64,000 nt of DNA from Trichosphaerium sp. ATCC 40318. Taxonomy: Eukaryota > Protista > Tubulinea. The notes under the pieces are model-generated. The model ran no database searches and was not told where the DNA came from. It worked only from the letters and a program-made list of their open reading frames with translations. Shown here one piece after another: positions 51,201-62,414 of this stretch. Numbering within the stretch: position 1 is the stretch's first letter; each line of letters begins with the position of its first letter. The translations under genes were made by a program, and so were the position numbers. Location: the NCBI GenBank assembly GCA_038496445.1, contig JALMLS010000208.1, forward strand, positions 62,001 to 126,000, written 5' to 3'.

Positions 51201-51470
51201 AACGGTTTAACGTCTAATTCAATAGAGGACACCTACAAATCATCCCCCATACTTCCACTGGCAACCCACCTAGCTCTGGATCTCCAATTGAACTAAAATC
51301 AAACGAAGTAGCCTTGACAAGCCGTTAAAATAACGAAATACATGAAAAAAAAACGTGCGTACACTGAGTGGTATTTTCTTTACAGGTGGTAACGTTACAT
51401 CGAAGACAGTTTGTTTTCTTGGCGCCTTACCGCCTGAAGGCTTCCTTGCTGTTTGCTTTGTGCGTGCCAT
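48290..51470 (-). CDS. Histone H3 N-terminal-tail mimic fused to an F-box and a long unrecognised C-terminal region (3' end and some exon phases unresolved; possible frameshifts)
   Basis: Exon 1 (51470-51363) is MARTKQTARKPSGGKAPRKQ.... Exons 2-3 (51312-51237, 51196-51071) splice in frame to ELGGLPVEVWGMICSNI...LRVSTTIHSIAVEYIDWKSVYAQKF. No histone fold follows. Confidence 0.7.
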
Positions 51471-52384
51471 GTGGCTGCTAAGAAAAAATGTAATGAATAA
51501 GTTTTCACGTGAATAAAGTGATCACTTTACGTCAATTACGTGAATTTGTGACACGAGACGGAATAATGCTTTGTAAGAAAGTCATGTACATATCGCTTAG
51601 TGCTTAGAAAAAATAAATCGTGAAACGGGGATATCTATTACCGTGAATGTGTGCCAGATACTAAATGAAGATGTGACACATTTCAAGCGTTTGGTTGGAC
51701 TAGACAAGACTGACAATACATTGTCAGACACTATAGATCGAACAATGCAGAGTAGCGAGCAATCAAAACCCCTGTATCCACCCTAAAATCCTTTATCTTC
51801 TAAATGTAGAATAAATCCGCTCATGTGGCTAAACTTGAGCCAACAAAGACGGATGGACTTTCCTCCCAGAGCACCCTTGATTGTATTGTTAATCAAATGT
51901 AACAAAAGAAGTCCAACTTCGCCTAGGAAAAGAACAATCCCAACAAGGTTATAACTTCATAGTGGTACTCAGATCACTCTGATGGTACGAATCATATTAG
52001 TTTGTCAGTTGTATTTTGCGTATCTCAGTATGATTAATAACTGGACGTAGGTTAACAGGATCGATAGTACTTTACAAAAAGATATTTGGATAAATATCGT
52101 TCAAACAATTGTTGTACTGTACTCTGTAGGCAAGAACTATCGGCATTTGTAATTGCTCTACGACAGCTGCAACACATATGAAGTACCAAATGCGAAATCT
52201 CTAAAATGTACGCCAGAGCATTGGTAAATCCAATGTATTGTATGGGGATTGAATTTGTTTAACTTTTTTACGACCGACTCTCAATTTGGGAACTACCTAC
52301 ACCTTAACACGGAATTCTCGGGTGACTTAGCGTGTTTTCTTTGTCATATTGTTCACCCCGCTCTTAACACGTAACTTCTCGAAC

Positions 52385-53507
52385 ATGCAGCTATCTTTCG
52401 CACTTGTTTTTGTAGTATTAGCTTTAGCAACAACTGTTTATGCAATACCGGATTTCAAAGTCCGTAAAAATGGTTCTATTGCAAATGGCACCTTTTGCGG
52501 AGGTTGTAAGTTCGCTATAAACTCTATAAAGACTAAGGGTACTATATTTGCTCCTTTTCGCGTCTGACTCGTCTTTAAGGTTGCTCCTACGTTTGTGCTG
52601 TTGATATGGAGCCTCTTACGCTAGTTGCTTGTAGATTGGTTGTTGTTACTCTTTGCAAGCAAGCAGTCAAGCTACTAGCGGAAGGTGCAACTGCTGAAAA
52701 CATTTGCACTGCTTTTGGTACGTTAATCATTTTAGAAGAACGAACTGAGTTCCTTGCTGAGAGCAATCTAAAAACGCATAGTGTTTTGCTTTTTTTGGGT
52801 ATTTTACTTAAAAGTACCACCACAGTGGTGTACACTTTTTGTTGCATTAAAGGAAAGAGTTGCTTTTTGGGCTTTCGTTCTTTTGTACTCAAAATCCAAG
52901 AGCGCCGGATATGTATTGTAGAGTGGAAGCGTACATTTTACCAACCGAGAGTTCTTTCAGTTTTTTGCAAATTACAAAAAAAACCCCAAAAATTCGTTTT
53001 GTTTTAACAGTTTTCGCAAAACCTGGCTCATTGACAATACTCTATGTCGCCTCTACTAGTTATTTATATACTATTTTTCTTGTCTATTACATTCTTTCGC
53101 CCTTTTTCATTACCAGCTCTTGTGTATTTGGCTCTTTTTTTTTGCTGTAAGCCTTTCTTGCTTTTTTCTTTAATCACTCAGCTCACACTCTACTACAGGT
53201 ATGTGCAACCCACAAAATGGGACATGTAAATGCGGTGCTTGTACAAAGTATGAGTATGGTAAAAGATGTCTTTCTTTTAATAGAATGTGCCCAAATGAAC
53301 CATTTCAGCGGTTTGATGCATCTCTTGATAAAATTGAGAAAGAGGCATACTCAAAAAGAGACAATGAAGGTTTGTTTACCGTTACTTTGGTTTTTTGATT
53401 ACACTCAATGCTTTCTAGGAGATAATACTAAACGATCAAGTGAAGCAATTTGTTTCAAAGGCCAGTGCAATGCCGAAAACGATGGATGTTGTTTGACATG
53501 TTTTTGA
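52385..53507 (+). CDS. Secreted Cys-rich protein with a saposin-like N-terminal region
   Basis: Signal MQLSFALVFVVLALATTVYA; FCG|GC...C...LCKQAVKLLAEGATAENICTAF; Cys-rich tail ending CFKGQCNAENDGCCLTCF*. Confidence 0.6.
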
Positions 53508-53942
53508 TTACAATACAGTCTCTTTGCTAGGGAAAAACATAGTAGCACTGTTAAATAATAAACGTTGTAACTCTTGTTTAAGGTTAAAATTATCTTTATT
53601 AAGTTTGTTCAAGGTACAAGCTTTATGTTCACCTGGGCCGCAAGTTCACCTGGCCGCAAGGCCCGCAAGGTAGAGGGTCTTGATGACGTGATCATCAAGG
53701 ATAGTGACTTCCTTATGCAAGAAGTACCAAGAATGGTGTTGACGTTATATTAACGTGACCCAATGCGAGGATGGCCTATACATGCGTCGCGCGATCACTT
53801 TGATGGCTTACACTTATTCATTATTGTGTGACACAATCACGCTCTTTCCTTATCTAATCGTTAAGCTATGGGTTCCTTGATATTCAGGATGTGTGAAACA
53901 GATTTTAAACAAATTACGCAAGTGTTACGGCATCTCTTTACG

Positions 53943-54629
53943 ATGGACAGGCTATTCGTATTGTTTGCGTTTCTTATTGTAGCGTTATCTCTATTTAGTG
54001 GTGCTACAGAATGCCCTGCGCCAATAAAAACAGATCCAACTTCGAAAGGAGACGAGAGTAACTGGTACCAAACAAAAATTAAATCAAATTTTCTTGTCAT
54101 TCTCAAAATCACGTGTCATGGTTTCGAGGCTTCAAATTGCTATTTTTCGAGTCTTTACATAATATAGTAGTCTGTAACCAATTATCTTCTAATTATCCTG
54201 TACAGGTTGACAGAACGTATCAATACAATTCAAGTCAGCGTTAATTCGTCAGAGTATTTTTTTTATTTCGCTGCTACTCAATTCACTTACTACAAACCAA
54301 ACAGTGATAATATACAACTCGAGTTCATTCTACAAACAGGTGGGCTGACACCAGTACGTATGAATTATGTTCCAGGACAGAATGAAACAAATATTTGTAT
54401 GCCTGTCGCTCCTCAAAGCAACTTTCAAAGAAATGGATGCAAGCTTTGTATTACTTTTGGAGATATCATTCTTGATAGATACGTTAAAGACGAAAAAGTA
54501 TACTGTAACACGTGTGCTACACTGACAGAGTCTACGTTGTATTGTGATAATAAGCCTATTGTTTCTTGTACTAGTAATGACCAATGGGCAGTAACAAATT
54601 CAACTTTAAATACTTTTTGTAAACAATAA
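53943..54629 (+). CDS. Small secreted Cys-containing protein, 2 exons
   Basis: Signal MDRLFVLFAFLIVALSLFSG; phase-2 intron; NETNICMPV...CKLCITFGDI...C; AATAAA near the stop codon. Confidence 0.7.
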
Positions 54630-56510
54630 ATGCGCAAATAAATTTATTGTTCCTTGCAACCAAATTAGCCCAGTTTTTTAATGTCGATAGTTTCAACTTC
54701 ACAAAAGGTAAAAAAATCTGCCCATCAAATTGTATCAGTCAACTCCTGCGATTGGGTCGTTCGATGCAATGCAGACAAATAAAAGCAAAGTTAAGATCAG
54801 GAAAGGTTACACGTGATTCTTTGCAAATCATGATTTGATTCACAGTTGCAAAGGAGTATACTAGACTAAACGAAAGATTGCTACAATGGTATGAAGTTTT
54901 CATCTTGAGCCTTCATCGTGTAAAATGTTACAGGGCTTTGCCGACCAAATTGTCGCTAAGAAAACTCTATTTTACGCTGTTCTCCAAAACAATTCTGTTT
55001 GTCTAGCGTTTGCTTCATAGTTGTCTATGGGCGTCCATTTATTATAAGCGTGGCCTTTTAGTACGGTATTTAATTTGTCGGTGGCTGTCCCTAAAACAAA
55101 CTCAACAGAGTGTTATTCGAACATCTACATATGTGCAAAGGCCATACGGAGGCGGAAACAAATAATTTCGCCTTGGTAACCATTCTCAAACCGATGAGTA
55201 CACTATCGCGCAATACTCTCTGCTTCAACTACTATTGATGACAGCTGCACGTACAAACGTGCCGTTGTGTTTGTTCAATAGGCAGTAGTTCCCTTTTTGA
55301 GACCCCAATTTCTGTATTTGGAACAAACTGAGCAAAACAGGACAAAATGAACACAACTGCTATCATTCTTCTCGCACTATGCCTCGCATGCGTCTACGCG
55401 ACCTCTGTAAGCTCAGCAACCTGATTTCTTCGTATTTATACGTTTTTAGGCCAACAAGCATTGTAGCAAGCAATGCAGGAGGTATAGTAAACAAAATCAA
55501 GCAGATATCGACTGCGAAACATCTTGCGACTCTGACGCGGAAAATAAAGCAACTAGCGATGAAAAAACAACAAGCAAGAGATGGGTTGGATGTAGATGGT
55601 GTTGTACTTCTAGAAACTGTAGAAAAACATGGTGGGGTTGTCATTCTTATGAATCATTTGGATGGTGGTGCCGATCTGCTTAAAGGGATAATAATTACGT
55701 CAACTTGTTGCGTAGCAGAAAAGAAAAATCAAAAAGTCAATCAAACTTCGATCGCTTTTTTTTGTTCAATAAAAGGCAGAACGACGTGTACTCCAAATGT
55801 AAACTTGTTTATTCTACAGCCATTAATGAATCAAATATACCTACTTGTGAATCAATCTGTTAGGACTGCAACTACCAACAAAACCTGGCTCTTATCGGCC
55901 TAGATGGTAGAGAAACTAACAGGTAAAGAAAAGACTTCATGAGGGCCACTTGGTTTCAGGCGCTTTAAAAGATTCTGATTGAAGGTAACTTTTTGCTTTG
56001 ATTTCTTTATCACGTGTCCTTGTAGCTTCTGTATGTCTTCTTTCGCTTTCTCAATCAAGAAGCTCTTTCCTGCTCTCTATGCCTTTCTCTTCATTTTGCT
56101 AGTTCGTTTGTCGAGATCCCTGCATCAGCGACGATTTTATCTTCTCTATTATTTTACTTGTCTTTCACGTGATTTGCTTGCTTCTCGTTTCTCAACGTTT
56201 TCTTGCTTGTCAAGTTCTTCTTTTAGCTATTGACTTCATTGATTATATATTATATTAATGAGACGTGATTGTTGCTGCGTGTTCCAGAATTGATTTTGTG
56301 GGAAATGCTGTACTATTTTTGACAAACTTCCACGTGTTGTAGCGTAATAGTGCACACTTCAACAACTCGAACTTCTTATGCCATTGTATGCAATTAGAAC
56401 TAGCACAATATTTGAGGGTAACAGAGTTCACCAGCACCTTAACCTAACTTAAACTAAAACCTTTTTTAGTGTTTTTCCAAATCGAGAGAAACTTGCACAA
56501 GAAGACGCTC

Positions 56511-56797
56511 ATGCAAACCAAAACTATTTTATTCGCTCTTGCACTCTTATGCCTTATAGTAGCGTAAGTTTTAACCGCTAACTAGCACCATTTCCTTTAA
56601 ACTCACTAAAAACCTTTAGAACGGAAGGATTCTTTTCAAAATCGATTTGTAGGAAGTACCCTCGCCTCAGACTTTGCCGAAGGCGTAGAGCGCCTATAAG
56701 ACCTACCAGACGTCCGTCGAGAGTAGCTTTTTATGCAACATATTGCAGACGATACCCTGAAAGGTGCAGGGGAGTTGTAGGGGGAATATCAGTGTAG
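56511..56797 (+). CDS. Small secreted Arg-rich, Cys-containing peptide (candidate antimicrobial peptide), 2 exons
   Basis: Exons 56511-56563 and 56620-56797, intron gtaagt...ctaac...ctttag. Translation MQTKTILFALALLCLIVATEG-FFSKSICRKYPRLRLCRRRRAPIRPTRRPSRVAFYATYCRRYPERCRGVVGGISV*. AATAAA at 56811. Confidence 0.8.
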
Positions 56798-56998
56798 GTA
56801 AAAAAAGTCCAATAAATAGTACACTACTTCAATTTTGTCGACGACATACCAAGACCAAGACCTATACATTGGTACACTAAGATTCTCATCATCCCGTATT
56901 ACTTTATGGCTTTCTTGTTAGTATTGTCTGATTGCTGATGTCTAATAACAACCAAGTATTGATTTTAAGTTGTGTAAGTTAATTATTACTATATGCTA

Positions 56999-57512
56999 CT
57001 ATGTTCGTCTCTTACCATTAACATACATTCTGTTTAATAAGATGTCCGTCTTCATGCCATGTATTGCATTCGCCATTTCTCTTTCCTTCAACATACATTC
57101 CGTGTACATTACGCTGTCCATTCTCATACCATGAATTGTATTCACCATTTTTCTTTCCTTCAATATACATTGCTTGTGCCTGGAGTTGTCCATTTGCATA
57201 CCATTTCCTTTCCTCACCAGTCTTCTTGTAATTAGTATAGTTTTGTTGCACCTCAAGTTGCCCACTCTCACCATTCTTCGTACCTGGAGTGTATAAAGCT
57301 TGATCCTTAAGTGTATCATTGTCATGCAACAAACACCATTCACTCTCTTTCCATCGATATAGGTTGTTTTTAACTGAATATGTCCATTCGCATACCACCA
57401 GCCGTTTACTGTTGCATATAGACAGGATCCAATTGCAAGCGTTTTCACATTTTTTAAGACTTATGATGACTCCGAAAGGGGTAGTGGTCAAGAGGCTTCC
57501 GCTTCTTTGCAA
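56999..57512 (-). pseudogene. Frameshifted MORN-variant repeat gene
   Basis: WYANGHIQLKTTYIDGK, KWYANGQL...EGKKNGEYNSWYENGQ, spread across two reading frames. Confidence 0.8.
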
Positions 57513-57786
57513 ATGCTAGTAACGTGTATCTGTTTACCTCACGTGAATTCTGCTGTAAATTGACTGCAGCTGCAACGACGCAACAAACACATGGCAGACT
57601 AACTTGAACGTTTACAAACCGCTAACAGCAACAGAACAGGCGTGACAGAAACCCGTTAACACCACAAAACCAGATGTGACAAAAACCTTCAAAAAAAAAG
57701 TCACGTGGTCCGCCCTTTTCTTTGCGATTCTAAACATCTCTATAACTTCATAGTAACAGCGCAAGCACTGTAAAACAACCCTAAAA

Positions 57787-58953
57787 ATGTCACAGATGGA
57801 CCAACACAGTGCATTCTTTGATATTCTGCCAATTGAAATCATTGTATTAATCTTACACTCTGTTTCGTCTCTAACGATGCACTCAGTAGTCCGTACTTCA
57901 AAACTACTGAAGAATATTGCGATTAAATACTTAGGATATGTAAATAGAACGAATATTGTTATACACAAGGAGAGAAGACTACGACAGCTTTATAAAACAG
58001 CACCACATCTTATTAAATCAAAAAACCTGATAATACAATATCCTATCAAACAAAAACATTTAAAGTACCTCAATGGAGCATATTCTATCGAATTTAAAGT
58101 ACTAAGAAAGCTGTCATTTAAGAACTTGAACAATGTTCACAGTGTTACCTTTAAATGGCATACATTTACTGATAATCAACTACAACAGCTTGCAGGCATA
58201 CCTACAATACTGCTATATTCCTGCTATGGAGTAACAGATGATGGCATCAGAGCTTTGGCTGGTGTACATACAATTTCTTTATCAGACTGTAAGACAGTAA
58301 CAGATGAAGGTATCAAGGCTTTAGCTGGCGTTCATATGATTGATCTTAACAATTGCAAGTCAATAACAGATGATGGCATTAAAGTGTTGTCAGGTGTACA
58401 CACTATCAAGTTACATAATTGCCAATCAATTACAGATGAAGGTGTTGAAGTGTTGGCTGGAGTACATGCCATCAACCTATGCTATTGCAATGTCACAGAT
58501 GAGGGTATCATGGCATTGGCTGGCGTTCATACAATAAACTTAACTGACTGTTTTAGAATCACAGATTCAGGTGTTAAAGCATTGGCTGGTGTTCATACTA
58601 TTTATCTACAAGGTACAAACGTGACAGATGATGGTGTTAAGGCACTAGCAGGAGTTAATACAATTAGTCTTGATGCAACAGCAGTAACAGATTCAAGTGT
58701 TATAGCACTAGCTGGTGTTCATACAATACACCTCAGATCCACTAAAGTTACAGACAATGGTATTAAAGCTTTAGTTGGTGCTCACACAATAAACCTGCAA
58801 GGTTGTAAACATGTTACACATGGCGGTATTCTAGCACTTTTAGATAGTAACAAATCCCATTATATGAATCTTACACTGCCCTATCTCACTATAGATCAGT
58901 TTTTGGCTAGATATGGTAGCAACCGTTGTTTTCTAAGGCAACCAGAAAACTGA
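57787..58953 (+). CDS. Intronless F-box + cysteine-containing LRR protein (388 aa)
   Basis: FFDILPIEIIVLILHSV (F-box); about 10 repeats of LAGVHTIxLxxCxxxTDxGIKA; uninterrupted ORF. Confidence 0.9.
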   Translation: MSQMDQHSAFFDILPIEIIVLILHSVSSLTMHSVVRTSKLLKNIAIKYLGYVNRTNIVIHKERRLRQLYKTAPHLIKSKNLIIQYPIKQKHLKYLNGAYSIEFKVLRKLSFKNLNNVHSVTFKWHTFTDNQLQQLAGIPTILLYSCYGVTDDGIRALAGVHTISLSDCKTVTDEGIKALAGVHMIDLNNCKSITDDGIKVLSGVHTIKLHNCQSITDEGVEVLAGVHAINLCYCNVTDEGIMALAGVHTINLTDCFRITDSGVKALAGVHTIYLQGTNVTDDGVKALAGVNTISLDATAVTDSSVIALAGVHTIHLRSTKVTDNGIKALVGAHTINLQGCKHVTHGGILALLDSNKSHYMNLTLPYLTIDQFLARYGSNRCFLRQPEN

Positions 58954-59868
58954 AGTAATAAATGTATTAAGGTATAGTACCTGGAATATTGACAAAAAAG
59001 ATTATTGATAATCTAATTTTGTTGCTTGTGTTGTTTCATCACTAGAGCATTCAGTACATTGTAACAACCACCAATTGTTTAATACAATTGATAGTCAAAT
59101 ATGAGGTATGTAAATTATTTAGGTTATGAGCAATGATGAACTGAAAAATGGGAATATCGAAAATCTTTTTAGTTCATAGGGACTATTTTTGTAAGCGGTT
59201 CACACATCCTATATCAATGCTTTAGTGTGTGTTAATGTATCTCTAGAACGAATGGCTCTATTGTTATGTTCTAAGTGTGAAATAAATTATTTACTTTTTT
59301 ACATGTTTTTTGGCGTATTTTTTTAATACATAGCTAAAAAAGCTTCAATCGAGCTTCATTGAGAATAAACAGATGGTTCGAGCCTGGAATCATCATAAAC
59401 GGCTCTTGCAAATAAATTTATGCGTTATGGGCTAAAATAAAGCTTATGGTACCACAATATGAACGTGTATGTACAATGTACCTTTAAACGACGTTTATCG
59501 CTCGGAAAACGCTTAAAACGTTGGTTTGCTGTGTTAATATTGTAGTCAAATCGAGTTCCCCAATACCGATGTAGGGCAAGCGTGTACAAGCGTTTAAATG
59601 GCGTACATACATTTAATAGCTATTTGACATATGTTAAGAAGGGTTTCAAGTCTGTACAGCCTTGCGTAATCTGTAAATTCCAATATTCCGTACTCCATTT
59701 ACCTTAAGTAGTTTTACATTTTATGAAATACCATGAGTTATTGAAGGTCCTGTACTCTTTGAAAGTATAGTCCATACACTGTATATGATACAGCATAAAT
59801 TTCAGGAATAGTTAAACAATTGTAGCAGCATAGTTTCAAAGAAACTGTTTTTGGTAAGTACTGAAGTA

Positions 59869-62414
59869 TAACGTTCTCAAACTCCGAATATTTGCAGTTT
59901 TGAATATACCACTTTGAATACAAAAAAGATTCGAATTTTATTCAAATAAAAGTCACGTGATATCACGTGTTACATGGGTTCTACGTCTATAATTATCTGT
60001 TGACGTAATAGTGATAAGTTATTTACAAGTTTGCGTGATAACCTATTTCTGTCTGGTGTTATCATTCTCCCTGTAAATGAAAAGGTTCGTTCTGTCATTG
60101 CTTGAGAAGCTGGTATTGCCAAATACTGTTGAGCTAGCTTTGCCATGGTAGGATACATTACTTTGTGTTGTTTCCACCATGAAAGTGCTGTGAAGTCATC
60201 AGAATCAAGAGCTTCAAGTTTTTTGTACTCTTTAAATTCATCCACCACCACAACCTTACGTCTTTTACGTCTATGACTGTAAACAACGTTAATATTGCAC
60301 AAGAAAAAAGCAAAATATGTACTTTCTAAGATCCTCAAATGCATTAGTTTCACGTTTTCGCTTCTTTGGCTGTGTCGTTTCAGGTTCATCTACATGCAAT
60401 GTGTTTTCTGGTGGATTCACTGTCACCTAAAAAAAAATAAACCACAATAAAATAATTTAAGATAACGCACTTGCTCTGTTCTTTTGACCTCTTTGTCATA
60501 AAGTTCTTTGAGTACTTCCCATGCTTCAACTGTATCACCTGGTTCCAAGTGTTTAGCGTCTCTAAACACAGGATGTAGAATGGTAGCCAATGATGTGACC
60601 ACTGGCAAATTATCCCACATGACACGAATTTCATCCAAAAATTCTTGATAAATGGTTGTTAATTTTAGTTTTGCATTTCTTCGTTGTTTACTGCATACAG
60701 CTGACTTCTCAGAAGCTTAAATAGTATTAAATTGAATTACTGGAGTGTCAGTAACACATACATGGTTTGAGCTTGTCCTCAATTGTACTTTCAAGCATTT
60801 CAAGCATTGCTAAGATAAGTGCTTGAGTTGGTTGTTTTTCGGCTTCTAGCGCCCGTATAACCTTTACAGTGGAAGAAAAGGTCTCAATGATATCATCAAT
60901 AATTGTCCAGTGGTATGTAGTAAAGTCAGGGATGTTCTTTAAAAACTAAATGCATATCAGTGCTCTGAGCGTTTACTATAAAAAAAAGTACCTTTTTCTC
61001 CACTTCTTTCGTTAATAGTTTTAACTCTTCTTGTACTGCTTTAAAGGAGGAGAGCATACTAATTTTGGAGCTCCATCGAGTGACAACATCACGTTTTACT
61101 TTTTTAGCTTTGCCACCACATACTTTAATCCATGCTAGATACATGTTGTTGGATGTATTTAATCCAGTAATGAATTGTCGAATGGGCACAAAAATAGGGT
61201 TTTCCAGATCCTCTAACACATGTGACATTGCATTGTTCAACATGTGACACACACAGCGAAGATCTTCGACAGTTCTACAAAAGTAAGTAAATACTCCTCA
61301 AAAAGAAAAAAAAAAACATACGCTGGATCAATTTCGAGATCTTCGTCATCATCAAATTCCTCTCCGCGTAGGATACTATATTAGAACAAGTAAAAATTAA
61401 TTGCTTTGAATGTTATTTTTTGTGTTAATTTAGTACGTACGCATAAGTATACTTGATAGAAGCTACTTCACCACCATCTGTGACACCTGCGACAGGTATG
61501 ACTTCATCACCCAACCACGATTCACCTGAGCTATCAGCTTCGCCTGTAATGACACTTGCGACCAATCTACCAATTGTTGTGGCTGTAATAAACATAAATT
61601 AAATAAATTAAGTAATGAACGCTATGATGCACCTTTATGGTTACCTTCAACGTATGGTAACCCAATGAGAGCTCGTCTTGGTTTAAAATCATCTGTTAGC
61701 CAATGCAGTGTTACTGCACAATAATAATCCTTTGTTTGACTACATTTCCAAAGATCGGCAGCAAATGTAGGGTATTTGGCTCTTTGTGTTTCTTTTTTTA
61801 AGTCACGCATTGTGCTCTTGTACTTTTCGTCAATTATGCCTCTCATGGTATTTGGACAGGGTAATGTGTAGCCTGCAATCAGCTCCCTCATCAAGTCAAC
61901 AAATTGAGGGTTTTGCACCAAGTTTAGTGGTAAGTTACCAACCACAATCAGCTTTGTCACGAGTTCATCAATGTGCTAAAAAAAGAAAGTAAATTTCGAA
62001 GGAAGGAGTAAATGAGCGTGCGCACCTTTTGTTTCTTTTTTGATACGGGTATAACACTTTTGTTACCAAAAAAGTCTTCCATTACTTGAGCTTGTTTAGT
62101 TTTTCCATGCCATGGAAATTCGTCTTCTTTACTTTTGTATCCGTGATCTTTGCGCAAATGTTTGAGCTGGTTGGAAGTGGTGCCATGTTGAGGAGGAACA
62201 AATGTCTGACAAAACACACATCTATTGTCTGTGTAGTACTTGTGAACATTGGATCTTTGCTTGTAGTGCCTTTTTTGGTGCACGATGTTGCTTGCCTGAA
62301 GTTGCATTTTGGTGTTCTAAAAATATTCAAATATACAACAGAAAGATTCAAATTCGCTATTTTTGGCGTGTATTCAAATATTCAAATTCAAATATTCAGA
62401 GTTTGAGAACGTTA
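59869..62414 (-). mobile_element. Autonomous-looking hAT DNA transposon (2546 bp)
   Basis: 26-bp TIRs TAACGTTCTCAAACTC(C/T)GAATATTTG at 59869-59894 and 62389-62414 (1 mismatch). Perfect 8-bp TSD CTGAAGTA at 59861-59868 and 62415-62422. Subterminal ATTCAAA repeats. Confidence 0.97.
59970..62307 (-). CDS. hAT transposase (BED zinc finger, DDE domain, dimerisation domain), 9 exons
   Basis: CVFC...HLRKDH (BED); AADLW (D), VTDGG (D), RCVCHMLN (CxxH), VTRWSS, LEAEKQPT (E), SWWK...YPTMAKLA..YLAIPASQAMTERTFS. Eight GT-AG introns, all phase-compatible. Confidence 0.93.

Noticed and set aside
51270-51470. Histone H3 gene or variant
   Set aside because: Only residues 1-19 match. No histone fold follows in any splice frame, and the downstream exons encode an F-box.
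51850-51872. RNase P RNA (GAGGAAAGTCC on the minus strand)
   Set aside because: No matching 3' P4 strand is visible, and the paralogous copy near 46090 lacks the motif and behaves like decayed coding sequence.
46790-58953. Contiguous endogenous giant-virus insertion
   Set aside because: No NCLDV core genes (capsid, PolB, packaging ATPase) are seen, and the virus-like genes are interleaved with intron-rich host genes.
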